From positions 35,342,001-35,406,000 of the forward strand of contig CM059432.1 of the NCBI GenBank assembly GCA_030390025.1: 64,000 bases of DNA. The letters are read 5' to 3'. The notes below the pieces were generated by a model. It saw only the letters and a program-made list of their open reading frames with translations, was not told the origin of the DNA and searched no databases. The translations under genes were made by a program, and so were the position numbers. The first letter of the stretch is position 1, and the number at the start of each line of letters is the position of its first letter. This DNA comes from Squalus acanthias (Eukaryota). This document shows, piece by piece, positions 24,620 to 35,302 of this stretch.

Positions 24620-25475
24620 GGAATCAATCATCATTTATTATAAAATCATCTGAACCCCTCAATTAGATTCTAGCCTGTAACTCACACCAAGGTATCCGTT
24701 ATTCTATATATAAAGCATCTGAACCCCTCGATTAGATTCCAGCCTGTAACTCACACCAAGGTATCTGTTATTTTATCAATAAACCAACTGAATCCCTTGA
24801 TTAGCTTCCAGTCTGTAATTCACTCCCAGGTATCCATTATTCTACTTATAAACTACCCATACCCCTCGATTAGATCCCAGCTTGCAACTCACTCCTGGGT
24901 ATCTGTAATTCTATATATAAACCACCTGAACCCCTCAATTAGATCCCAACCTATAACTTATTCCCTGGTATGCGTTATTCTATATATGAACCACCCAAAC
25001 CCCTCGATTAGTTTCCAGTTTGTAATTCCCTCCTGGGTGTTAGCTGTGGCTCAGTGGTAGCACCATCACCTGTGAGTCAGAAGGCCATGGACTAAAGCCC
25101 GACTCCAGAGCACATAATCTAGGCTGACACTCCAGTCCAGTACTGAGTGAGTGCTGCACTTTCAGAGGTGCCGTTTTTCAGACGAGATGTTAAACTGAAG
25201 CCTTGTCTGCCCTCTCAAACAACATCACTAAAAACACATTATCTGCTCATTATCTCATTGTTATTTCTGTGGCCTTGATGTGTGCAAACTTATCTGCTGC
25301 ATTTGCCGACATTACAACAATGACTAACTACACTTTGAATGTGAAGTGCTTTGGGATGACCAGAGTTCTGAAAGACGCTATATAAATGCAAGTTTTTCCT
25401 TCCTTTCTTCTATTGTTCTATATATAAATACCCGAACCTCTCGATTAGTTTTCAGCCTGTAACTCACTCCCGGAT
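24620..25475 (+). repeat. 69-bp minisatellite, about 6 units plus 1, split by a DeuSINE (25037-25405)
   Basis: tgaacccctc-like motif at 24651, 24720 and 24789; same unit at 17500-17672 and 18318-18400. Confidence 0.85.
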
Positions 25476-25786
25476 GTCAGTGACACAGTATTTAAAACAG
25501 AAAGTGCTGGAAATACGCCAGCAGGTCCTTCAGCACAAAAGACGGCGTCACTTTTTGATTGCACACTTTTCATCGGAACACAGAACTACTTATGAAAGGT
25601 CTGCACCCAGATGCTGATGGACCTGCTGTGTCTCTCCAGCATTTTGTCTTTATTTCAGAATTCCTGTGCCTGCAGTGCTTTCTGTCCATCTGTTAAACAC
25701 TGTAGGCGCCGTCACAAGGAACATTTCGCTTGTTTTGGTCCTAGTTTGTGCACTGCATCGGTCAGAGACTTCGGACTTTCACTAAC

Positions 25787-25958
25787 CGTAAGCAAACGCC
25801 ATGTCAATCAGTACTCCAGTCTTCAGGTCAAACTGCTTCTGCATGAAGTGGTATGAGAGGGCACGGAGCAAGGGAATGGAGCGTCGATTCTGCATCGCCA
25901 AGGCCAGCGTCACCTTTCTTATGTCATCGGGAGTGAAATACTCAGCCAGTTCCAAGCC
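25787..25958 (-). CDS. TBRG4: TBRG4 coding exon 3 (172 nt)
   Basis: tttcag|[37 protein letters not shown]...DMAFAY-G|gttagt; phase 0/1. Confidence 0.95.
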
Positions 25959-26019
25959 CTGAAACATAAAGTTGACAGGTGTACAGTCAAAATGCACACT
26001 TTGCAAAGACTCAGAAGAA

Positions 26020-26440
26020 AAGAACTTGTATTCATATAGCACCTTTCACAATCTCAGGACATCCCAAAGAGCTTTACAGAAAATGAAGTACTTTCTGAAG
26101 TGTAGGCACTGTTGTAACGTAGGAAATAAGGCAGCCAATTTGCACACAGCAAGGTCCCAGAATCAGCAACGAGATAATGACCTGATCATCTGTTTTAGTA
26201 ACGTTGGCTGATGGATAAATGTTGGCCAATTCACCGGGAGAACTACCCTGCTCTTCTTCCGATAGTGCCATAGGATCTTTTACATCCACCTGAGAGGGTA
26301 GATGGGGACTGGGTTTAACGCCTCATTCAAAAGATGGCACCTCCAACAGTGCTGCGCTCCCTCAGTATTGCACTGAGCTGTCAGCCTAGATTATATGCTC
26401 AAGTCTCTGGAGTGGAACTTGCTACCACTGAGCCAAGACT
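26020..26440 (-). mobile_element. DeuSINE copy
   Basis: Reverse complement of the 33487 family. Confidence 0.8.
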
Positions 26441-26829
26441 GACAGCTGAGCGGTGAACAGGTAGGTGAGGTTTAAGTATTTCACACAGATGGCGGTGAAT
26501 GTGGGAGCAGTCTGCTAATTCAAAAGCAAACTGGATAGACATTTGGCAGAAGAACTGCTGGAGGGTCTGAGAGAGAGAGAGTCGTGCCTGATATTTCTCA
26601 AACTCTGGGACCAGCCAGATGGGTCTCGGAATCCCTTGCAAGTTTCTACTTGCTATTGCCTCTCCTGTAGATTCTTCCAATTCCATTTTTTGCTATGCGT
26701 TTCCCTCCCCCACATCAGTTTTCTCCTGTCCTCTCCTGACTGAATGCTCTTGGTGAGTTAGTAGATCGGTGCCAGCTGTCCTGCAGTACACTGCCTAAGT
26801 GGCCACTCTTCATTTGTGAGCACAGACAG

Positions 26830-27230
26830 TATATAACACATCATGTGTTACTGGGTGCATCCCTCCAGTATATAACACACCACGTGTTATAGAGTGCAAC
26901 GCTCCAGTATGTAACAGTGTGCGCTACATAAAATTTACAGCGTAGAAACAGGCCATTTGGCCCAACTAGTCTATGCTAGCGTTTATGCTCCACACGAGCC
27001 TCCTCCCACTATATTTACTTCATATCAACATATTCTTCTATTCCTTTCTCCCTCATGTACTTATCTAGCTTCCCTCTAAATGCATGTAATACTTCAGTAT
27101 ACAACACACCATGTGTTCCTGGGTGCAACACTCCAGTATATAACGCGTATATCATACAATAGCAGATCTATATATAACTTGTGTGTTACTGAGTATAACA
27201 TAACACACTATTACTGGGGTGCAACATTCT
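26830..27230. repeat. Degenerate ~39-bp tandem repeat with an inserted CR1 tail (about 26925-27085)
   Basis: Recurring cagtatataacac...gtgttactgggtgcaac. Confidence 0.6.
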
Positions 27231-27269
27231 TGTGTTGATGATAAAACACACTACGTGGGTCGTGTGTAC

Positions 27270-27593
27270 CTTATCCTCCAGTCTGTCCATCAGTGCACTC
27301 GACAGGTGTCCGAGCTTCGTCATCAACGTGGCCACAGTCTTTGCATCTGTGACCTCAGTCCACCGCAGCTCCACATTTTTTATTATGTCGCTAAGTAGCA
27401 CTTTCTGCCCATCTGTCCGTGCATAGCTGGTGTAGTAGTCGGCCAGCGAGGTGAGGTTTTTAAAGGTCAAGCGCCTCAACCGCCAGTGAATCTCGTTTTC
27501 AACGGACCGTAGGACGCGGTTGTTGGCATCCAGTCTGATCACAAAGAGGCTCCGCAGCAGGCTGACCAGGTTCCCATTCCACACTGCAGAAAT
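27270..27593 (-). CDS. TBRG4: TBRG4 coding exon 2 (324 nt)
   Basis: tttcag|ISAVWNGNLVSLLRSL...SVENEIHWRLRRL...ELRWTEV...LMDRLEDK|gtacac; phase 0/0. Confidence 0.95.
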
Positions 27594-28169
27594 CTGAAAG
27601 AAAAACCGTTTAAACCAGAGGTCACACAACCAGTTGGGTGTGAGGGCCAGGATCAGCAGGAGATCCGTCTTGGGAATATGCTGTAGTACTTCATTTCCCC
27701 ACTGGGTGGCAGTATAACTGTGAAATGGTTGATGTTATATTGCACGACCTGATTTCAGCCCAGAGGGAAGCGCATACAGCCTCACCACCCACAGTATCCA
27801 ACTGCTTCTCTTTTACCCCCAGAGTCCTTACATACACTTTGTGACATTGCTGTACAGTGTGTTACACGGGTACTTACAAGAGAATATAATGACACACTGA
27901 GGTTATTGGCACAATGAAGAGTAAGCTGGCAGCCGCTGCTTTGGGAGTCTGGGTAATTTGGTGCTGTTGCTTAGATTCAGAAGAGTCAAGGAAATTTACT
28001 GGGTCCTAACCATACAGAGAGATCACGCAGGGCTGGGTCACTGCCCTACGTAAGTCTTTCACAGCCCAGTCGAGCAGAAAGAATCCCTGATAGTTTGTGA
28101 ATATGTTCTTAATTAAACCATTCTTACCATCTTGTGGGACAGTCCGACAGGGAGAGAATGCAAGAACCG

Positions 28170-30155
28170 AAGGGAGTGTGAGTGTGCATGTGTGTGTGAG
28201 AGTAAGAGAGCGTGATAGTGAGCAAGAGAGAGACAGCGTGAGTGTGTGTGGGAGGGTGAGAGAGTGTGACAGAAAGTGTGAGGGTGAGTGTGTGAAAGAG
28301 AGTGAGTGTGAGAATGTATGCAAGTGAGAGTGAGAGAGAGGGGGAGAGAGAGTGAGTGAGGGAGAGAGTTAGAGACAAGAGCGAGCGAGAGACGAGCGAG
28401 TGAGACAGAGCGAGCGAGAGACAGAGCGAGCGAGAGACAGAGCGAGCGAGAGACAGAGCGAGCGAGAGACAGAGCGAGCGAGAGACAGAGCGAGCGAGAG
28501 ACAGAGCGAGCGAGAGACAGAGCGAGAGACAGAGCGAGCGAGAGACAGAGCGAGCGAGACAGAGCGAGCGAGAGACAGAGCGAGCGAGAGACAGAGCGAG
28601 CGAGAGACAGAGCGAGCGAGAGACAGAACGAGCGAGAGACAGAACGAGCGAGAGACAGAACGAGCGAGAGACAGAGCGAGAGACAGAGCGAGAGACAGAC
28701 AGAGCGAGCGAGACAGAGCGAGCGAGACAGAGCGAGCGAGAGACAGAGCGAGAGACAGAGCGAGCGAGAGACAGAACGAGCGAGACAGAACGAGCGAGAC
28801 AGAGCGAGCGAGACAGAGCGAGCGAGACAGAGCGAGCGAGACAGAGCGAGCGAGACAGAGCGAGCGAGAGACAGAGCGAGCGAGAGACAGAACGAGAGAC
28901 AGAGCGAGCGAGAGACAGAACGAGCGAGACAGAGCGAGCGAGAGACAGAGCGAGAGACAGAGCGAGCGAGAGACAGAACAAGTGAGAGACAGAGCGAGCG
29001 AGAGACAGAGCGAGAGACAGAACGAGTGAGAGACAGAGCGAGCGAGAGACAGAACGAGTGAGAGACAGAACGAGTGAGAGACAGAACGAGTGAGAGACAG
29101 AGCGAGCGAGAGACAGAGCGAGCGAGAGACAGAGCGAGCGAGAGACAGAGCGAGCGAGAGACAGAACGAGCGAGAGACAGAGCGAGCGAGAGACAGAGCG
29201 AGAGACAGAGCAAGCGAGAGACAGAACGAGTGAGAGACAGAGCGAGCGAGACAGAACGAGCGAGACAGAGCGAGCGAGAGACAGAGCGAGCGAGAGACAG
29301 AGCGAGCGAGAGACAGAGCGAGCGAGAGACAGAACGAGCGAGAGACAGAGCGAGCGAGAGACAGAGCGAGCGAGAGACAGAGCGAGAGACAGAGCGAGAG
29401 ACAGAGCGAGAGACAGAGCGAGCGAGAGACAGAGCGAGCGCGCGAGAGACAGAGCGAGAGCGCGAGAGAGAGCGAGAGCGCGAGAGACAGAGCGAGAGCG
29501 CGAGAGACAGAGCGAGAGCGCGAGAGACAGAGCGAGAGCGCGAGAGACAGAGCGAGAGCGCGAGACAGAACGAGAGCGCGAGAGGGAGCGAGAGAGAGCG
29601 AGAGCGCAAGAGACAGAGCGAGCGAGACAGAGCGAGCGAGAGACAGAGTGAGCGAGACAGAGAGCGAGCAAGAGACAGAGCGAGCGAGAGACAGAGCGAG
29701 CGAGACAGAGCGAGCGAGACAGAGCGAGCGAGAGACAGCGAGCGAGAGACAGAGCGAGCGAGAGACAGAGCGAGCGAGACAGAGACAGAGCGAGCGACAG
29801 AGCGAGCGTGAGCCAGAGCGTGAGCGAGAGACAGAGCGAGCGTGAGCCAGAAGCGAGCGAGAGACAGAGCGAGCGAGAGCCAGAGCGCGAGCGAGAGCCA
29901 GAGCGCGAGCGAGAGACAGAGCGAGCGTGAGCCAGAGCGCGAGCGAGAGACAGAGCGAGCGTGAGCCAGAGCGCGAGCGAGAGACAGAGCGAGCGACAGA
30001 CAGAGCGAGCGACAGACAGAGCGAGTGAGAGACACAGTGAGTGTGAGACAGAGTGAGCGAGAGTGTGCGTGTGAGAGAGAAACAGTGAGAATGTGAGAGT
30101 GAGGGAGTGTGAGTGAGTGTGTGAGAAATAAAGTGTGTGAGAGTGTGTGAGAGTG
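28170..30155. repeat. Compound microsatellite, core (GAGACAGAGCGAGCGA)n, with GT/GA flanks
   Basis: Directly visible. Confidence 0.97.
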
Positions 30156-30216
30156 TAATTATTCATGTGAGTCTCCAACCGCATCCTGATCCTGACTTCC
30201 CCACACATTTTTAAAA

Positions 30217-30583
30217 ATTCATTCTAGGGAAGTGGGTGTCGCTGACAAGGCCGGCACTTATTGCCTTTCCCTAGTTGCCCTACTACAATGGTGTGGCTTG
30301 CTTGGCCATTTCGGAGAACAATTACAAGTCAACCATGTTGGTGTGGGACTGGAGTCACATATAGGCCAGACCGGGTAAGGACATCACATTTCCATCCCGA
30401 AAGGACATTAGTGAACCAGCTGGGTTCTTATGACAATCTGACAACTTCATGGTCACTTTTAGTACTACCAACTTTTTATTTCCAGATTTTTTAAAACTGA
30501 ATTCAAATTCTCAAACTGCCATGATTTGATCTCGCATTCTCTGGATTACTAGTCCAGTAACATAACCACTACACTACCGTACC
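30217..30583 (-). mobile_element. Family-A-derived SINE-like element (tRNA-like head plus LINE A tail)
   Basis: Head matches 1720-2013; tail matches the LINE A 3' end at 22040-22105. Confidence 0.8.
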
Positions 30584-30689
30584 AATCATCCTTCCGAAAC
30601 CAATGCACCGAAAACACAACATAATATTCTACTGTTGTTAACGACTCTTTTGACGAGCACAAATTTCACACGAAAAGAAAACCACTGAC

Positions 30690-31106
30690 CTGGCTGTCGA
30701 CGGTGTTCAACAGATGCTGGAAGCGCCCGTCTCCCGCGACACCCTGCGTCTCCAGTTTCTGCTCCACCACCTGGCGACACACACGGATGAGCAGCGCGGC
30801 CGCTTGGTTCCCGGTGACCTTTCGGCCCGAGGGAACCTGCAGGAGCTCCTCCGTGCTCGAGGCCGACTCGATCAGCTCGTCCACTTTCGTACGTTCCGGC
30901 TGGTGGGTGTAGGTCTGCTCGGCGGCGGGAGATGAGTCGGGCGGGTGACAGCGAGCAGACGTGTGGACGCCAGCCAGCAACGCCAGTGACTGGTGTGGTT
31001 CTGCCCTGCTCCGTCTGCAGGGAGTTAGCACGGTGGCAGGGGCCGGCACGGTGAGGAATGAAGCACCCAGGTGCCGCGTGCATCTGCGGATAAGCCGAGC
31101 CGCCAT
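30690..31106 (-). CDS. TBRG4: TBRG4/FASTKD4 coding exon 1 (417 nt), N-terminal mitochondrial presequence-like region
   Basis: ATG at 31106, MAARLIRRCTRHLGASF...FQHLLNTVDSQ, donor CAG|gtcagt. Likely acceptor ttttgctttag| gives exon start 31159 (53 nt 5'UTR). Confidence 0.9.
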
Positions 31107-31239
31107 CTTTGTTGCCAAGAAGTGGATAGAAACACCTTTAACGTCACATCTCACCACACCTAAAGCAAAAACAAATTGCGATGGCGACATTAAAATGAAT
31201 ACATGTTTAGAGTAATGGCTCATCGTGTTAAAATGTCTC

Positions 31240-31825
31240 ATAGTACTTAAAATAGGAACAGGAGGCAGCCATTCAGCCCTTCAAGCCTGTTCTGCCAATC
31301 AATCAGATATTGGCTGATCTGTACCTTAACTCCATGTAGTCTTGTTTGCTTCGATATCCCTTGATACCCTTACCTAATGAAAATCTATCGATCTCAGTCT
31401 TGAAAATTTCAATTAACCCAGCATGCACAGCCTTTTTAGAGAAGGCGGAAAGAGTTCCAGATTTCCACTACCCTTTGTATTAAAAAGTCCTTCTGATTTC
31501 CCTCCTAAATGGCCGAGCTCTAATTTTAAGATTATGTCTCCTTGTTTTCTATTCCCCCACCAGAGGAAATAGCTCATCAGTATCCACTCTATCGAATTCC
31601 TTTTTCATTTTAAACACCTCGATTAGATCACCCCTCCACCTTATAAACTCAAGGGAAGACAAGCCAGGTTTTATGCAACCTGTCCTCATAATTTAATCCT
31701 TTAAGCTCTGGTATCATTTTGGTGAATCTGTGCTGTACTGCCTCCGAGAGCAACATCTCTTTCCTGATGTGCAGTGCCCAAAACTCATGCAATACTCCAG
31801 ACGGGGTCTGACCAAGGCTTCATAC
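31240..31825 (-). mobile_element. CR1 3' fragment, followed by a DeuSINE (about 31830-32170)
   Basis: Similar to the reverse complement of 16330-17100. Confidence 0.8.
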
Positions 31826-32401
31826 AATCTGACATAAGTAGTGTGCAGCCAGTCTCCTTCTGCAAACTCCTACACACAGCAGAAATGAATGACCAGTTAA
31901 TTTGTTTATCGTTGCTTTTACCGAGGGAACAATGTTGGCCAGGACACCAGGAGAGCTCCTGTGTTCTGCTTCGAATAATACAATGGGATCTTTAATGTCC
32001 ACCCGGTAGGTAGACGGGGCCTTGGTTTAACGCCTCATCCAAAAGACAGCATCTCCAACAATGCTGCACTCCCTCAGTATTGCACTAGAGTATCAGCCTA
32101 GACTATGTGCTCAAATCCTGAAGTGAGGCTTGAAATGACAACCATCTGACCCAGGGTTCTCCCACTAAGCCAAACTGGTGTATGAACTAAAGCTTCAGGG
32201 TGTTCAGGAGTGAGCAACAGTGAAGCAATGGCATGGCCCAGGGACAGCAATGGAGTGAAATGATTAAGATAACCATTGCACATGTGCTGTGTGGCTGAAT
32301 AAAATAATAAGCAGAATAGAAAATGTAAATCTGAAAGACCACTTCCACAGGGGCTGGAGCATAAGAGGGTACAGGCTCAAAGGGCTGATGTTATTTTTTT
32401 C

Positions 32402-32780
32402 ATTCTCAGGATGTGGGTATCGCTGGCAAGGCCAGCATTTTTGCCCATCCCTAATTTCAACTGAGTGTCTTGCTAGGCTACTTCAGACAGCAGTGAAGAG
32501 TCACCCACGTTGGTGTAGGTCTGGAATCACATATAGGCCAGACCAAGTGAGGATGGCAGATTTCCTTCCCTAAAGGACAATAGTGAACCAGTTGGGTATT
32601 TACAGCAATTCAACAGCTTCATGGTCACTTTTACTGATACCAGCTTTTTATCTCCAGCTATTTATTTTAAAAAACAGAATTCAAATCCACAAACTATCAT
32701 GTTGGGTTTTGAACGCATGTTCCATGGATTATTAGTCCAGGCCTCTAGATTACTGGTTCAGCAACACAACCACTACGCTA
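32402..32780 (-). mobile_element. Family-A-derived SINE-like element
   Basis: gcccatccctaatt tail joined directly to the caactgagtg head segment. Confidence 0.8.
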
Positions 32781-33242
32781 TCAGGAAGTTATTTTTCACA
32801 CAAAGATTAACATATTGAATGAACTTCAGTATAGAGGCAATGACCCTGAAATTAGTCAAGAAACTGTTGGACGCTGTGATGGCAGGTGGTTGAGCTAGGA
32901 TTACTGGCATCTCCATTCCATTCCCCCCAATCCCCACCCTATGCACTGTTGGTATCCCCAAACCGCACCCCCCCCCCCCCCCACCCTTCTAAGTAACTCC
33001 ATCCCCGCTTCCCCTGGCACTGTTGGTATCCCCCATGGTGCTGTTGGTATCCCTCATCCCCCAGGCATTGTTGGTATCCCAATCCCCTTTCCCTGGCACT
33101 GTTGGAATCCCTAACCTTCCCCACACCCCACCCCCGGCACTTCTGCTGTCTCCTCCCTCCATTCCCCTTGGTACAGCTCCCATCTCTGCTCCCTTAGGTC
33201 CATAGGAAGCAGACTTGAATGTTTATGTCAGACAACATAGTT

Positions 33243-35302
33243 TACCAGATCTGGCTGGACCACATAAAGCATTGTCGGGTCCTGCTCTCCTCTGCCAAAA
33301 CTGCTCACTATTCCAGGATCATCCTAGAATGCTAAGATAACCCCCGGCTTCTCTTCACTACAAACCATCTTCTGAAACCCCTCTCCACTGCCTCCTCCAC
33401 CCTCACCTCCATCGAGTGCGAGGAGCTCATGGACTTCTTTCTCACTATGAATGAGACCATCCATTCAGCTGCCTCACTGCCACACTGTCAGCTGTGGCTC
33501 AGTTGGGAGCACCCTCGCCTCGGAGTCAGAAGGTTGTGACAAAAATCTAGGCTGACACTCCAGTGCAGTGGTAAGGGAGTGCTGCACTGTCAGATGAGAC
33601 GTTAAACCAAGGCTCCATCTGCCCTCTCAGGTGGACGTAAAAGGTTTTATGGCACTATTTCAAAGAAAAGCAGGGGAATTATCCCCGGTGTTTTTTATTC
33701 CAATATTTATCCCTTGATTATCACTAAAAAAACCAGATTATCTGGTCATTATCACATTGCTGTTTGTAGGAGCTTGCTGTGCACAATTTGGCTGCGGCGT
33801 TTCCTACATTACAACAGTGACTACCTCATTAGGACGTCTGGTGGTCGTGAAAGGCACTATATAAATGCAAGTCTTTCTTTATTTTCTTTTTCCTGCCGCT
33901 TCCTTCCCTTCCTCTAGCCCACCAGGTCAAACATCCCCTAAGGATCCCCCCTGCCCAAGCCCTGAACTCACATCTTTCTCCAGTTTCTCTCCAATCTCCC
34001 CTCATTCCCTCTCTGAGCTCATCTTGTCCATGAGACCCACCTCTTGCTCCCTCGATCCTATTTCCATCAAACTGCTGACTACCCGACTTCTCTTCCTGAC
34101 CCCCATGTTAGCTGATATTAACAGTTCCCTCTCCCCTTCAAATCTGCCGTCATAACCCCTCTCCTCAAAAAAACAACCCTTGACCTTTCTGTCCTTGCAA
34201 ACTACTGCCCCGTATCCAACCTCCCTTTCCTCTCCAAAGTCCTTGATTGTGTTGTCACCTCCAAAATCCGTGCCCATCTTTCCCACAGCTCCATGTTTGA
34301 ATCCCTCCAATCAGATTTCCACCCCAGCCACAGTACTGAAACAGCTCTAATCAGTCACAAATAACATCCTATGTGACTATGACTGTGGTAAAATATCCCT
34401 CCCCATCCTTCTCGACCTGTCTGCAGCCTTTGACACAGTTGACCACACCATCGTCCTCCAACGCCTCTCCTCCGTCGTCCAGTTGGGTGGGACTGCCTGG
34501 TCTGGTTCCATTCTTTTCTAGCCAGTCATAGCCAGAGAATCACCTGCACTGGCTTCGCTTCCGGTTCCTGCACCGTTACCTCTGGGGTCACCCAAGGATC
34601 TATCCTTGACCCCCTCCTATTTCTCATCTACATGCTGCCATTCTGCAACATCATCCGAACAAATGTCAGGTTCCACATGTACGCTGATGACACCCAGTTC
34701 TACCTCACCACCACCTCTCTCAACGCATCCACTGTCTTTAATTTGTCAGACTGCTTCTTCAACATCCAGTACTGGAATGAGCAGAAATTTCCTCCAACTA
34801 AATATTGGGAAGACCGAAGCCATTGTCTTCGGTCCCCGCCATAAACTTGGTTCCCCAGCCAACGACTCCATCCCTCTCCCTGACAACTGTCTGAGGCTGA
34901 ACCAGACCGTTCGCAACCTTGTTGTCGTATTTGACCCCGAGATGAGCTTCCAACACCATATTTCCACCTCCATAACATCACCCAACTTTGCCCCGCCTCG
35001 GTTCATCTCATCTGCTGCTGAAACCCTCATCCATGTCTTTGTTACCTCTAGACTTGACTATTCCAATGCTCTCCTGGCCACAGTCCCATCTTCCATCCTA
35101 CTTAAACTTGAGCTCATCCAAAACTCTGCTGCCCGTATACTAACTCGCACCAAGTCCCGTTCACCCATCACCCCTGTGCTCGCTGACCTACACTGGCTCC
35201 CAGCCCAGCAATGCCTTGATTTTAAAATTCTCATCTTTGTTTTCAAATCCCTCCATGATCTCACCCCTCCCTGTCTCTGTAACCCTCTCCAGCTCTACAA
35301 CC
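33243..35302 (+). mobile_element. L2-clade LINE ORF2, decayed, with a DeuSINE at about 33487-33885; tail resumes near 38373-38490
   Basis: LLDLSAAFDTVDH, HMYADDTQFY, FLQLNIGKTE, SRLDYSNALL, ITPVLADLHWLP. Confidence 0.9.

Noticed and set aside
24620..25036. CRISPR-like regular repeats
   Set aside because: Contiguous tandem units with no unique spacers, in a vertebrate intron.
23225..28000. SNORA5-family snoRNAs, expected because human TBRG4 introns host them
   Set aside because: No recognisable SNORA5 sequence or H/ACA two-hairpin structure found by eye; an Rfam/Infernal scan is needed to decide.
28113..30208. 640-694 aa ORFs rich in S/L/R/A
   Set aside because: Artefacts of a stop-free microsatellite inside a TBRG4 intron.
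31107..31241. Upstream in-frame ATG at 31241 as the TBRG4 start
   Set aside because: Lies beyond the likely acceptor at 31160/31161, so probably intronic.
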